From a virus (Duplodnaviria; Caudoviricetes), in IMG/VR virus record IMGVR_UViG_3300020045_006155, positions 1 to 36,506 of that record: a stretch of DNA of 36,506 nucleotides. One strand, written 5' to 3'. Under the pieces are notes generated by a model. The model saw nothing but the letters and a program-made list of their open reading frames with translations, did not search any database and was not told where the DNA came from. The stretch's first letter is position 1. The number at the start of each line of letters is the position of its first letter. Positions 7,468-17,754 of the stretch are shown one piece after another. The translations under genes were made by a program, and so were the position numbers.

Positions 7468-7701
7468 TCAAGTGCTATTTGTTAAATGTTTCAAAAGAGT
7501 ATCTATTTCTCGTTTCGGGGCCATGAGCAGTCGGGTATAAATGCGGCGCATTAACCCTGCGCCATGCCGATTCTTTGCGCGGCGCAGTATAGCGCGGTGG
7601 TCACTGCCCAATTCAAAAGCTACGCCCATTTCTACTAGCGTATCCTGAAGTGCATGTAGTTTATCTGGGGGTAGATTAAATATCTGGTTAGCCAGAGACA
7701 T
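7468..7701 (-). CDS. Hypothetical protein
   Basis: 77-aa ORF co-oriented with neighbours. Confidence 0.6.
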   Translation of the reverse strand: MSLANQIFNLPPDKLHALQDTLVEMGVAFELGSDHRAILRRAKNRHGAGLMRRIYTRLLMAPKREIDTLLKHLTNST

Positions 7702-7827
7702 AGACGTACCCCCGCAATAATATTATCGCCCAGATAAAAAACGATGCCCATAACGCGGACAGTGCTCCGTATATCCACCACAGCATGAATACTTTACGAG
7801 ATTTTTTAAGTTGCATTAGCGGCCCTT

Positions 7828-8193
7828 TTATACGCTATTTCCCAGGTATTTATCTGATTTTTGTGCTCTGAGCATCAGTTTATACCCGCCAAAGAGGAGT
7901 CCTGGAAGTTCGCATGAGTATTCTTTAAGCGTTTCGATGCAGTCTTCAATCATACTACCATGACTCCAGCAGACGCATTTAATGCTATCAGTAGTGTAAC
8001 TTCTAAGACTCAGGCACCGAGCGCACGTCTTGTAGCTTGTAATCGCTCCATCCCACTTTGCCGAAACGTGCTCGTATTTCTCTTTAATAGCTATTAACCC
8101 ATAACACTCATCGCATCTGTGGGTTTTGCGGGCAGTTCTTATTGTAGCCACATAAAATTCTGGCTGCTCCCAATCACAATCGCATGGCATCAT
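7828..8193 (-). CDS. Cys-rich phage protein (probable Zn-binding)
   Basis: RTARKTHRCDEC...KTCARC pattern. Confidence 0.7.
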   Translation of the reverse strand: MMPCDCDWEQPEFYVATIRTARKTHRCDECYGLIAIKEKYEHVSAKWDGAITSYKTCARCLSLRSYTTDSIKCVCWSHGSMIEDCIETLKEYSCELPGLLFGGYKLMLRAQKSDKYLGNSV

Positions 8194-8221
8194 TTACCCT
8201 CTTTCGTAAAGCCTACTGATT

Positions 8222-8548
8222 TCATTGATCTTCACAATATCCGCAGATACCGTTTTCATCGACTCCTTCTTCCCCGAATAGGCCACATTGAGGGCAAACG
8301 TCCATATCGACAATAACGTGGGCTTCTCCGGCGGCTAATTTAGTTTGGTTCGCATTTTTAGACAGCATTACGGTATTTTTCCGCAATACTCGGACGGCCA
8401 TTTGCATCCAAGAAGTGTCGAATAATCCCCGCATTACCGGCCAGCCTATCTTCCGCGCTTCTTTGGAGTCATGCGCGAAAATGAGCACAGCGCCTTCTGC
8501 GGATCCTTCAGCAGAATCATACCCCATATAAATCTTAAGTGGTTTCAT
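8222..8548 (-). CDS. Hypothetical protein with C-terminal CxxC pairs
   Basis: CPQC...CGYC; overlaps the upstream gene. Confidence 0.65.
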   Translation of the reverse strand: MKPLKIYMGYDSAEGSAEGAVLIFAHDSKEARKIGWPVMRGLFDTSWMQMAVRVLRKNTVMLSKNANQTKLAAGEAHVIVDMDVCPQCGLFGEEGVDENGICGYCEDQ

Positions 8549-8741
8549 ATATTTTCCAGCAGAAGTAGGTGCCCGGTGCAGGATAAGGTTGCCAATCTTT
8601 ATCGGGCCTAAGCGAAGGAGTCTTACCGAATATCTGACCAGATTCTAGTCTTAGGATATCCGGATTTTTAGAGCACGAATTTGTTATGTGCTTACCTGTA
8701 AGTAATGCCTCTACCATCTCTTTATACGTCTTGAAATTCAC
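8535..8741 (-). CDS. Hypothetical protein
   Basis: 68-aa ORF, GAGG RBS, GTG start. Confidence 0.55.
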   Translation of the reverse strand: MNFKTYKEMVEALLTGKHITNSCSKNPDILRLESGQIFGKTPSLRPDKDWQPYPAPGTYFCWKIYETT

Positions 8742-8763
8742 TAATTCCTCTCTTTAATTTTTA

Positions 8764-9027
8764 TCATGCTCGTATCTCGTCTACCGGTAGTAGCGAAAAC
8801 ACTACGTACCCAGATCGTTGATAATAGTCGCTCACGTAGCCTATCTTGAAAGTCAGTTCAGCGCCGGTGTACGCGCCCTGAATAGCGCCTCTCACCCATT
8901 CTCTTAGAACTACAGTATCCCCTGCTTGGAATCCCCTATCAGAATTATCTCGTGTCTCGAAGGTCTTCTTACCCGATTTAACGGCTTCGAAAAAGGGAGG
9001 TAGGATTTTTAGTTCATGGATAGTCAT
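8764..9027 (-). CDS. DUF3850 / ASCH-PUA domain protein
   Basis: HELKILPPFFEAVKSGKKTFETRDNSDRGFQAGDTVVLREW. Confidence 0.85.
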   Translation of the reverse strand: MTIHELKILPPFFEAVKSGKKTFETRDNSDRGFQAGDTVVLREWVRGAIQGAYTGAELTFKIGYVSDYYQRSGYVVFSLLPVDEIRA

Positions 9028-9482
9028 TTCTTCTCCAGATGTGTTTCCAATATTGCGCCTATTTGCGCAACTAAAGAAGGCGCATATTTACCCTGATGCC
9101 AAAAACCGCCTTTAGGATCCGCTATGCACTTTAATTCTTCTATTAGGAATTTAATATCGCCGCCTTTCCGGAATACCGCCGAAATAACTCGTGTTAGTGC
9201 CGTTACCCATTGGTAGTATTCCATTTCTTTTGAATTTATGAAAATCTCATAAGGGTGAAGCACTTCATGATCTGTACCTTCATTTAAAACGACATCATTG
9301 ATCGTTACATACAGAGCATGGTTGGACAACGGCGTTTTCATCTTGTAGGTACTTCCCCGAAGATGCTCTGGTCGCGCTATACTCTCGTGCATTACTTCCT
9401 TCGAGGGTTCTTCGGGTATTGCGTTTTGAGCGACTTTATAGCCCGTTATTTTTTTATCAATTTTCATAGGTCGAGTACGCAA
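9024..9482 (-). CDS. NrdJb-like / TSCPD-domain protein (C-terminal piece of class II ribonucleotide reductase)
   Basis: RPEHLRGSTYKMKTP...ALYVTIND...PYEIFINSK...ALTRVISAVFRKGGD. Confidence 0.8.
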   Translation of the reverse strand: MRTRPMKIDKKITGYKVAQNAIPEEPSKEVMHESIARPEHLRGSTYKMKTPLSNHALYVTINDVVLNEGTDHEVLHPYEIFINSKEMEYYQWVTALTRVISAVFRKGGDIKFLIEELKCIADPKGGFWHQGKYAPSLVAQIGAILETHLEKK

Positions 9483-10276
9483 TCTTTATGCGAAAAGCCA
9501 GCGGCATTTTTATGGCCGCCCCCACCAAACTGCGCAGCTATTTTCGACACATCTGTCTCCCCTACGGATCGTAGGGAATAGTCAAATTGCTTTGTTGCAC
9601 CGTTATACGAATAGATAACCGCCGGAATATTAGAGGCCAACGCTAATTTATTCCCTAATTCGGACGCATATTTTGGAGGAGCGTTGCATGTAATTACTGG
9701 AGCAGCACCTAGTGTTGCCGAACGCGCTCTTTTAATAAGAGAATCTATATCCACATTAAAAACAGTAAGAAGATCTTCGCCTCTGGCGCTAAGTTTCCTA
9801 GCGCCAGAAGTATCCAAGTGCTGCGACCAATCTTCAAACGTTTGAGGTACTAAATTTCGCAAAGCTTCGTTGAAAGCTTTAGTTTTATGGAAATTAAAGC
9901 GCCATAGATCCCGATCCTGTATTAACTCCAAGCCAAAAGGCCGAGTTCGGTAGTCAAAAAAATAGTCCCACGTCATGATGCAACCAGATCTATCCATATC
10001 GAACTTAGCGAAATCCAACCCTTCTAACGCTTCCTTCGCTGATTTATGATGATCTAAAACTAAGATGCTCTTGGCCTCGCTTTTCATACCCACCAAGATG
10101 TCTCTCGGGTAGCTGAAGTCTAAAATATAAACATCTTTACCTTTGACTTCCGGGGGTGGCTGATTATATTGGACTGGAACATATTCAGCGGTACTCCCGA
10201 ATTTCTTCCAGGCAGCATATGCTGCTCCGAAACCATCCATGCAGTTAGCGTGATATAAAACTAAAGTATTTTTCAT
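9464..10276 (-). CDS. DHH/DHHA1 family phosphoesterase
   Basis: YHANCMDG, ILDFS, LDHH, DRDLW, SLRS, GGGGHKNAAGF. Confidence 0.9.
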   Translation of the reverse strand: MKNTLVLYHANCMDGFGAAYAAWKKFGSTAEYVPVQYNQPPPEVKGKDVYILDFSYPRDILVGMKSEAKSILVLDHHKSAKEALEGLDFAKFDMDRSGCIMTWDYFFDYRTRPFGLELIQDRDLWRFNFHKTKAFNEALRNLVPQTFEDWSQHLDTSGARKLSARGEDLLTVFNVDIDSLIKRARSATLGAAPVITCNAPPKYASELGNKLALASNIPAVIYSYNGATKQFDYSLRSVGETDVSKIAAQFGGGGHKNAAGFSHKDCVLDL

Positions 10277-10491
10277 TGGGAAACCTTTTGGAAATTCAGA
10301 ACGTTAGTTACTAAGCCATTATCTAAAATGGCGGCACAAACTACGGTATAATTCCCTTCAGCTTTAGGAAAAGATATATCCCCCGATAAGATAGAATAAG
10401 GTATTCTTCGGTATCCGGGGTCATCAACCTCCCCAATAGGATTTATCTCTCCTATCTCTACGGGTTGGGTGTAAAGGGCGTATTCGATCAT
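10273..10491 (-). CDS. Hypothetical protein
   Basis: 72-aa ORF with 4-bp overlaps on both sides. Confidence 0.6.
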   Translation of the reverse strand: MIEYALYTQPVEIGEINPIGEVDDPGYRRIPYSILSGDISFPKAEGNYTVVCAAILDNGLVTNVLNFQKVSQ

Positions 10492-10727
10492 TGGTTATCC
10501 CATCGCAGAGCGTCATATCTACCTGTAAAGACGCCCCAAGCTAACCGTACGCGGGTTAAAAAACCGCCGAGCGATAAGGGACGTGCGGGGAACCATGTTT
10601 CTTGGTCTGAAAAAGTAAAAGTGGTTAGCCCAACGCTATCCGTCTTAGGAGCTAATTTAACTAGCGGCCAAGGGAATTCCCGGTCAGCTAGATCCCGTGC
10701 TAGGATTATCTGAGGTGCCTGCTTCAT
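10488..10727 (-). CDS. Hypothetical phage protein
   Basis: WFPARP...RLAWGVFTGRYDALRW; GGAG RBS. Confidence 0.7.
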   Translation of the reverse strand: MKQAPQIILARDLADREFPWPLVKLAPKTDSVGLTTFTFSDQETWFPARPLSLGGFLTRVRLAWGVFTGRYDALRWDNQ

Positions 10728-10842
10728 TCTACAATCTCCTGATAAACTATCCTAACGCTCTTATAGAAATACCAATCAGGTTCCTGCGGGAACAACGTGG
10801 GGAAATCGGTATCCTCGTAATCCCAAACTAGCCAGCCTATTT

Positions 10843-12321
10843 TCATTTCAGCCCCCTTCGTGCTAACCCTTCTTTTAGCGCTGCTTGTACTGTCATCTTC
10901 GTCTCCAGTCGTCTGAGGATGATTTCATCTACTGTATTACGGGCAATAATCTGGTGGATAAAAACCGGTCTATCTAAACCGGCTTGAAATTGTCTGACTT
11001 TACCTATTCTAGCTATTACCTGATCTCGCGTTTCGGCGTTCCAGTCAACTGAGAAGAAGCACATAATATTCGTAACGTGCTGCCAGCCGTCTATCCCGTG
11101 CCCCGCACTTGCCGGGTGGATGAATAAAATAGGAATTTTCCCAGCTTTAAAATTATCCTCTGTTTCTCGCCTCGTGTCAAGTGCTCTACCCTCGGGGAAA
11201 GCTTTTTGTAGTCTGGCTAGATCGGATTTAAATTGGTAAACTACGATAACCGGCATTCCCCCAGCTTCTCCAATCACGTCTCTCAAGGCTTCCAGCTTCT
11301 CATCGTGAATTGCCTCCCAAGTGCCCTTATCGTCGTGGTATAAAGCTCCGTTAGCGAGCTGGTGGCACTTCATGCTCTTGGTAGCCGCCGTAAATGCCTC
11401 GACCTCACCCGCTTTAATCACGGTGTAAAGCTCCTTTTCCATTTCGTCGTAATGCTTACGCGCCTTGCCAGTAATATCAATGTAGATCGTATTAACGATT
11501 TCTTCCCCCAGATCTAGGTAATCTTCGGCTCGAAGTGTAAAAGTGGTCGGTGCGATAGCGGCGCGTATTTCTCTTTCCGCATGGGGTAGCATAATTTTAT
11601 CGTAGCCATTGTAATCGGTTTTATACCAGCGATCTTCAAAAGCTGTGTAACTAGTGCCTAAAGAAGCGCCTTTATCGATAAACCAGTTCGGGCCCCACAG
11701 ATCGCCTAGGGAATTAGGGGAAGGCGTACCGGTGAGGTTAATCCACCGGCGTGTCTTCTTCCAGGCCAGATGCGTTAGCGCCTTAGTACGCGCACCGCAG
11801 CTCGGGGAGTGGCAAAGATATCTAGTTCCTTGCTTATTCGTTTGCCAGTATACGCGATGACTTTTTAATTTGGTTGATTCGTCTGCGACAATAGTGCGAA
11901 ACGGCCATTTGCTCTGAAGGTATTTAGTTAACCAAACAATATTTTCGTAGTTAATGGTGTAGATTGGTACATCGCGCTTTAAAGCAGCTATGCGCTGTAA
12001 AGGATCTCCGACAATAGGCGAAATCTCTAAGCCGTATAGATGGCTCCATTTTTCTAATTCGGCACTCCATGTCGATCTGGCGACCCGCGACGGGGCTAAG
12101 ATCAATGTAGGCTTATATTCGCCGCAGGTATAGAGAGTATCTAGGGCATTCAGTACCATAATCGTCTTCCCTAATCCCATATCGACATGGAGATTACATC
12201 GCTCATGCTCCAGGATAAATTTAGTGCCTGCAGCTTGATAAGAGCGGGGCGTGAAGGGTTTGCGGATCAAAGCAAGTCCTTTTGTAAAACGATCCACGGT
12301 AGCCCTGATAGCCATCCACAT
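10843..12321 (-). CDS. SNF2-family (SF2) DNA helicase; true start may be near 12270
   Basis: DMGLGKT, ADEST, LTGTPSPN, HPASAGHG, QVIARIGKVRQ. Confidence 0.92.
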   Translation of the reverse strand: MWMAIRATVDRFTKGLALIRKPFTPRSYQAAGTKFILEHERCNLHVDMGLGKTIMVLNALDTLYTCGEYKPTLILAPSRVARSTWSAELEKWSHLYGLEISPIVGDPLQRIAALKRDVPIYTINYENIVWLTKYLQSKWPFRTIVADESTKLKSHRVYWQTNKQGTRYLCHSPSCGARTKALTHLAWKKTRRWINLTGTPSPNSLGDLWGPNWFIDKGASLGTSYTAFEDRWYKTDYNGYDKIMLPHAEREIRAAIAPTTFTLRAEDYLDLGEEIVNTIYIDITGKARKHYDEMEKELYTVIKAGEVEAFTAATKSMKCHQLANGALYHDDKGTWEAIHDEKLEALRDVIGEAGGMPVIVVYQFKSDLARLQKAFPEGRALDTRRETEDNFKAGKIPILFIHPASAGHGIDGWQHVTNIMCFFSVDWNAETRDQVIARIGKVRQFQAGLDRPVFIHQIIARNTVDEIILRRLETKMTVQAALKEGLARRGLK

Positions 12322-12478
12322 GAATACTGATGAATTCTTACAGTGGAACCAATATCATTTACGATGATCCACATTGGCCCGTAGTCATGCTGCGCCGCGT
12401 ATAACCTATACGGCGTTATATATCGCCTACAGATTTTAGAGGGCACTTTTCTCACATAAACAAATGCTGTTCGCTTGG

Positions 12479-12625
12479 TCAAAGCAACTCCTCGTAGTTA
12501 CCCGTATAGCTATCCGTTAATACCGGATTAATTCGGTTCCCAACCCACTGCATAACGGGTTCCGCGAAATCTTTCCAGGCCATAGACGCGGCTTCTATGC
12601 CGCTAAATAAGGATAAATATCTCAA
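12479..12625 (-). pseudogene. Internally deleted C5-cytosine DNA methyltransferase remnant (48 codons)
   Basis: Translates LRYLSLFSGIEAASMAWKDFAEPVMQWVGNRI...: motif I (FSGIE) joined directly to a C-terminal helix like that after motif X (PVMxWxGxRI). Confidence 0.7.
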
Positions 12626-12728
12626 AACTCTTCACCTACCGAACATTTAGGTTACTGAACAAAAAGGATTGCGAGCAACAGGTGTTCAGGCTGCTTTTGG
12701 CCGCTAAGCCTAGCTCGCAAATTTGGTT

Positions 12729-13781
12729 TTAGCCTAACAAAAAGTTAAGCCATTTACCCATCGACCTAACATTATATCGATGAAGATCCAACCAATTTTT
12801 CTTAGCGATGGTAAATTTATCCCCTGTGTGAAGATTCATTAACTTTTCTAAAATAGAATCAGATAACGAGGTATCCGCATACCTTGAAGAATCAAGCCAA
12901 TTGATGTCCTTGCCTACGATCACGGGTACTAGCTCATTGACGGCATCCGCAGCGGTGATATTGAATGTTTCAGTCAGAGAGACTTGTAAGCAAACGTCCA
13001 TTTGGCGAATTAGGGTCAGAAAATCTTTACGCTCAAGCCAGGGATGTTCCATCAGGACGTGCCCACTGTTTTCAAATAACGCTCGTAGATTTTTCAGTAC
13101 GTTATTTCCGCGTTGCTCTACACGAGCACTATTAATATGGAACACTAATGCTTTACCGATGTCGTTAGCAAAACGGATTGCGGCCATCGCCTGAATCAAT
13201 TGATTCTTTAACGGCCTTACAGCGCCGAAACATCCGATGTGAACCTCTGTTTCAGAAAGTATCTTCTGTTTTCGACCTTTGGTGAATTCGAAATAGTTAG
13301 GTAGTAGAACTGTTTTATCTGTAGAAAGCGGTATGGCTAACAGGTCTTTGATTAATAGGGGTGAATTGGGCGCTACAAGGACATTGCCAAGAGGAATAGC
13401 GTAATATTTTTTAAGCCATTCTATCGCCACTCCTTCATTGGCCAGAAAAGGCGTATTGCTATGGACGCGTACCACCCACGTTATTTTAGGATATAGTCGC
13501 GCCAGCAGTTCTACTTTTTCTGGTACAACCCATAGGGCTTCAATGAATACGTGCGTTGGCCCAACACGAACGACTTCCCGCTCTATACTATTGTTGTCTA
13601 CGACGGCTACCGTCTCGGAAGCGATACCCGCACTATTCAGCATGTTCGATACAAATTTCGCGGAATTAAAAAGACCTGAAGTTAATTCTTTCGCATAGCC
13701 CTCGGTTGTCGTAGCACTGTATTCGTGACGAAGTTTCGTTATAAAGAGGGCGGACGGTAAATCGCAATGCGCGGACAACAT
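12729..13781 (-). CDS. Glycosyltransferase, GT-B/GT4-like
   Basis: HIGCFGAVRPLKN, MDVCLQVSLTETFNITAADAV...VPVI. Confidence 0.75.
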   Translation of the reverse strand: MLSAHCDLPSALFITKLRHEYSATTTEGYAKELTSGLFNSAKFVSNMLNSAGIASETVAVVDNNSIEREVVRVGPTHVFIEALWVVPEKVELLARLYPKITWVVRVHSNTPFLANEGVAIEWLKKYYAIPLGNVLVAPNSPLLIKDLLAIPLSTDKTVLLPNYFEFTKGRKQKILSETEVHIGCFGAVRPLKNQLIQAMAAIRFANDIGKALVFHINSARVEQRGNNVLKNLRALFENSGHVLMEHPWLERKDFLTLIRQMDVCLQVSLTETFNITAADAVNELVPVIVGKDINWLDSSRYADTSLSDSILEKLMNLHTGDKFTIAKKNWLDLHRYNVRSMGKWLNFLLG

Positions 13782-14082
13782 TTATTAGCTCCGAATAAAA
13801 AAAATAATAGTATACCGTATTTCGTATACCGTTGCGTAGCGGTTGCTATCTAAAATAGCCTCTTCTGTCCTGGATCCAGGAACCAGTCTATCCAGATATG
13901 GCAAGTTTTTGAAGAACAATATTTTTTGTTTAGTGAAGTGAAAAGCCCCAGGTTTTCGCTTCCGCAACGGGGGCATTTTTTAGTTGTTACCTTAACGGGA
14001 TCTTTTCTTTTTGACATACTTCCCCTTCGGCCACGCCAAAATAAGTGCGAGGGCCATTAAAAACAAGACATCGCCGAAATGG

Positions 14083-14391
14083 TCAAAATGTATTAGTGTC
14101 AGGAGCATAATATTTCACCTGGATATAGTAGAGTAATTTGTCTATTTTATCCTTAGTGTCACACATAAAGCATTCGAATCCTAGGGTACGCAATCGGATA
14201 AATGCGCGTTTTTGAGCCGCCCTAAGATCTTTTCCAGGGCGTTTCGTTTCGACAAAAAGGCAAACTGCATTGGGCAGCAAGCAAATTCGATCTGGCTCAC
14301 CCCGACGAATTTCGTACTTATGGATCTGAGCATCAGGGAACTGTCGTTTAAAAGAACCGACTAGATGCTCTTCAACAGTTGCTTCCTTCAT
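14083..14391 (-). CDS. VRR-NUC domain nuclease
   Basis: MKEATVE...GEPDRICLLP...FVETKRPGK...Q; standard partner of the SNF2 helicase in these phages. Confidence 0.85.
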   Translation of the reverse strand: MKEATVEEHLVGSFKRQFPDAQIHKYEIRRGEPDRICLLPNAVCLFVETKRPGKDLRAAQKRAFIRLRTLGFECFMCDTKDKIDKLLYYIQVKYYAPDTNTF

Positions 14392-14484
14392 TAACGGTAT
14401 ATCCGGCACAGCAGGAGCGCTACTAGGTATACCAGCGCCATCAGTTCTACGCCGTGCTTGAATGTGTCCCAAATTTCTGGCATA

Positions 14485-14667
14485 TCATTTCTCCGAATTT
14501 ATTTTAAAATCGCAGGTGTCCAATAGCGGGAGTATTAGCGTATTGACGTAGGAGTAAACGCGCATCGGATCGTCCAGCGGGATTGTCAAGAAGCGTTTAC
14601 ACGATTCTTTCTCACCGCATCGATAGCCGTAGCACCGGGTTATATCAGAATATAAGGGCCTACTCAT
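14485..14667 (-). CDS. Small Cys-rich hypothetical protein
   Basis: DITRCYGYRCGEKESCKRF; part of ORF 14485..14700. Confidence 0.55.
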   Translation of the reverse strand: MSRPLYSDITRCYGYRCGEKESCKRFLTIPLDDPMRVYSYVNTLILPLLDTCDFKINSEK

Positions 14668-15277
14668 AGAAAGCAGCCTCCCCCGTATAGGGCAAAACAT
14701 CGCGAAAGATAAGCCGTATCGCGTTAGCGATATCTCTATGCTCTTTTTGGGTATATCTTTCCGAGCGCAATCGCGAAAAATGAATCCAGCTTCGGATAGA
14801 TCCAGTCATATATAATCGAGTCGTTGCCGTTTCCAACAACAAAAATCTAGCGCATTCTTTCGATACCCCGACGGCCAGAGCGAAACGATACGCTGTGAAA
14901 GATAGCCACTGCATAACTTTTTGGGTAGCTCTAAACACCCAATTCTTGAAAGGCGATAACGGGGTCTCTGAGGATTGTCTTTCTTTAACCCCTGGCATCC
15001 GGCCATCGTAGGTTTCGAAACTACACGCCTCTGCGTACCGTTGGCTGAACTCCGAGAAGACAAACGAACGATGCCGCAATATTTGCCGTCCTATAGTCCT
15101 CGAGGTGGTTATCTCAATCGTCATGTGCGCATGCTCGAACACTGACCAATGCCCTCGGCGAATACAAGAGCCGAGTAATTCAGTTTTTCCCGAAGTTTGG
15201 TCGTTACTGGATACCCGAGCAATATAGAGCATAGTTTGCTCAGCATCAGGGGTGAGCGCAATTAGTCTTACTTGCAT
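14660..15277 (-). CDS. thyX: Flavin-dependent thymidylate synthase
   Basis: GHWSVFEH, RQILRHRSFVFSEFSQRY (RHRx7SxR), ECAR, TQKEHR. Confidence 0.93.
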   Translation of the reverse strand: MQVRLIALTPDAEQTMLYIARVSSNDQTSGKTELLGSCIRRGHWSVFEHAHMTIEITTSRTIGRQILRHRSFVFSEFSQRYAEACSFETYDGRMPGVKERQSSETPLSPFKNWVFRATQKVMQWLSFTAYRFALAVGVSKECARFLLLETATTRLYMTGSIRSWIHFSRLRSERYTQKEHRDIANAIRLIFRDVLPYTGEAAFYE

Positions 15278-15488
15278 TATCTACCTCATTTGCCTCTGAA
15301 TTTTAAAGTATTTCGGTATTCACCGATTTCGCGTAAGCGCTCTAAACGTGCTTTTTGTGAAGCGTCCTTTTCAGGGGACACCAATGTAAATAGCCGCATC
15401 CACGGACTGCGTTTTTTAGGGGGATTGGACATTATTTCTCCTGATAAATATACGTTACTAGTATAGCATATGCTAGGTGAATTATCAA

Positions 15489-17687
15489 TTATTTGTGGTA
15501 AGCGTAATCGCTAAAGCCTTCAGCGGCCAGCGGAATGCCTTCCGCCCACGGCGGTACAGTTGCCATGATCTTTTCCAGGTGCTGAACAGAATATTCCTCG
15601 GTATCGGGTACTTCACAAACTAATTCATCGTGGACGGGCAGGATAACGTTATAGCCTTGTCGTTCAGCTTCTAGCTGGCCGTACTTAAAAATATCACGGG
15701 CTAAAGCCTGTGTTGCATTTTCCACCAGCTTTCCTGCGAAAGTTTCTATCCAGCCCCACTTTTTAGTAAACTGGTTAACACCCTTAAATCGCAATTTCCC
15801 TTCGTGTATCTCCATGCCCGGATAACAGAGCGAATGCCCACTCGGTAACACCATACGCACCCATTTTCCGGTTCGTCTAGCGTAACAATTATTCCCAAAA
15901 TAAAAATTCTTATTGGGTATTTCCACGGCATTTCTACAAGCCGCTTCAGTATCAGCCCACAGTTTGACCGTCGCGGGGTGTTCCCGACGCCATAGCCGTT
16001 TCAAGCTGTCACACACTGTAAAAACATCGAAGTCCAAGTATATCGTTCGTTTACGATCCATGTGTTGCAGCCATGACTTAGGGGTGTCCGTCTTTTCAGC
16101 TTTTTTTCTAGCGTCTTTAATGTCTTGCTCTTCTAGCCACCCATAGAAGCTGATAGCTTCGTCCATAATACTTTTAGGGATACTGCTCTTGGCTAAACTA
16201 ACTAAATCTTCCAGGTTAACACCCACCGATGTCGCAAAAGTGATGAACGCGGATACGCCCCCATGATAGCCCATACTCAGTTCCAAAGGCTTACCGATTC
16301 CGTTTCGTTGCTCTTTAGTAACGTTATCCGGTAGGACGTTAAATGCTTTTGCATACGCTAATTTATATAAATCTGATCCTATCCCGGCATCGTATTCCCG
16401 GTAAGCTTGTAACTTCCATTCTTCCCCCGCTAGAAAGGCCAAAACTCGACCCTCGATACCGGCTAAATCCGAGATCAGTAGTTTCTTACCTACCGGGGCG
16501 GTGATTGTGTAACGTAACGCGGACTGTGTTAGCCACATCACATCCAGATTGAAAATTTCTTCTAACCCCTGTTTTAATGCTTCGATGCCAAATTTAGTAT
16601 CGTCTATATTCATTAATCCCCGCGAGGGGAGATTTTGCGGTTGGAATCCATTAGTACCGGCATCTCTCAGTGTTCTGGATGCGCCTGCGAATTTTATAGT
16701 CCCTCGTAATCTACCATCTTTTGAAGTTGCTTGTACCATACGCTTATACTTAGCCGTTGACGTAGTACAAGTGCTTAATCGCACTTCTAATAGATCGCGT
16801 AACGCAGGGGGTGTCTCTTCATCTTCTATCAGGCGATTTAGGGTTGCTTTTTGCATATTTGGCAGCTCTAGCCCATACTCTGCCAGAATATGCTTTAGCA
16901 TTTCATCGCGTTGGGAAGCGTTATCCACTGCGCCATTTGTCATCGCTTTAGTCGAGCAGGATAACTGCGCTTGCGCCGTCGATATGGCGTTCATAGCCCC
17001 TTGGACTAATTTCAGATCAATATTCATGCCGCGATTATTGACGCGCTGATCCATCCGCCATAACTCGACCTCATGCGCGTTACCTGGGTAATTCCATTTC
17101 GGGATTTTCTTAACAATCTCGCGCATGGCCTCGGTGTCATTTACGCAATAGTCTTTGTACCGCGCCCAATCTTCAGGGTGGGTTTCCGGTGTGTTCCATC
17201 TGTATGTGATCCCGTCTTTCAGATAGCCGCAAGGTTTGCAAAATAATCTCACCAAGCGGTGTCCATCTATTATCTTCTTAGCGTCCTCCCGGATGCCTAG
17301 CACTTCGCCTAGTTTTTCTAATCCTCCCGGTAGCCCATGCGATAGAGCCTGCGCCATTGAGCACTGAAAACGCTCGATGCTTAGATCCCAGTCTTTCTTG
17401 CGGCGCGATAACCGGCGAAGATGCGGCTTGGTAGCTATTAAAACGGAACGGTCAAAAAATACGTTATGGAATTGTAAAATCACTGACGGATCTTCTAAGG
17501 CACTTTCCAATTCTTCCGGCATTATTTCACCATCTTCAGGACTCCAGATTTGTACGGGGTCGTCATTCCGCGCAAAAGAAAAAAGCTGAACCCTTGTAGA
17601 AGGATGTTCAGCATATTTCGCGGTGCCAGCGGATTTTAAGTCACATTCGCTTTTTGTTTCTGTGTCTGACCATAGAATATCGGGCAT
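15489..17687 (-). CDS. Phage family A DNA polymerase with 3'-5' exonuclease
   Basis: DTET (ExoI), YCVND, QPQNLP, DLAGIEGR (motif A), RNGIGKPLELSMGYHGG (B), VHDELV (C). Confidence 0.95.
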   Translation of the reverse strand: MPDILWSDTETKSECDLKSAGTAKYAEHPSTRVQLFSFARNDDPVQIWSPEDGEIMPEELESALEDPSVILQFHNVFFDRSVLIATKPHLRRLSRRKKDWDLSIERFQCSMAQALSHGLPGGLEKLGEVLGIREDAKKIIDGHRLVRLFCKPCGYLKDGITYRWNTPETHPEDWARYKDYCVNDTEAMREIVKKIPKWNYPGNAHEVELWRMDQRVNNRGMNIDLKLVQGAMNAISTAQAQLSCSTKAMTNGAVDNASQRDEMLKHILAEYGLELPNMQKATLNRLIEDEETPPALRDLLEVRLSTCTTSTAKYKRMVQATSKDGRLRGTIKFAGASRTLRDAGTNGFQPQNLPSRGLMNIDDTKFGIEALKQGLEEIFNLDVMWLTQSALRYTITAPVGKKLLISDLAGIEGRVLAFLAGEEWKLQAYREYDAGIGSDLYKLAYAKAFNVLPDNVTKEQRNGIGKPLELSMGYHGGVSAFITFATSVGVNLEDLVSLAKSSIPKSIMDEAISFYGWLEEQDIKDARKKAEKTDTPKSWLQHMDRKRTIYLDFDVFTVCDSLKRLWRREHPATVKLWADTEAACRNAVEIPNKNFYFGNNCYARRTGKWVRMVLPSGHSLCYPGMEIHEGKLRFKGVNQFTKKWGWIETFAGKLVENATQALARDIFKYGQLEAERQGYNVILPVHDELVCEVPDTEEYSVQHLEKIMATVPPWAEGIPLAAEGFSDYAYHK

Positions 17688-17754
17688 ATTTTCTTGATAT
17701 CTAGTATGTTATTTGTGAGGGGGAATGAGTGGGGTGCGTTTGGTAAATCGGCAT

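Noticed and set aside
6283-7471. ORFs 6283..6480 and 7280..7471 sharing LKNTVSNHEFVVSSTSFWLGRLP as a protein family
   Set aside because: The identity is only the exact 69-bp DNA repeat, and the first ORF starts inside the tRNA-like T-arm; probably spurious.
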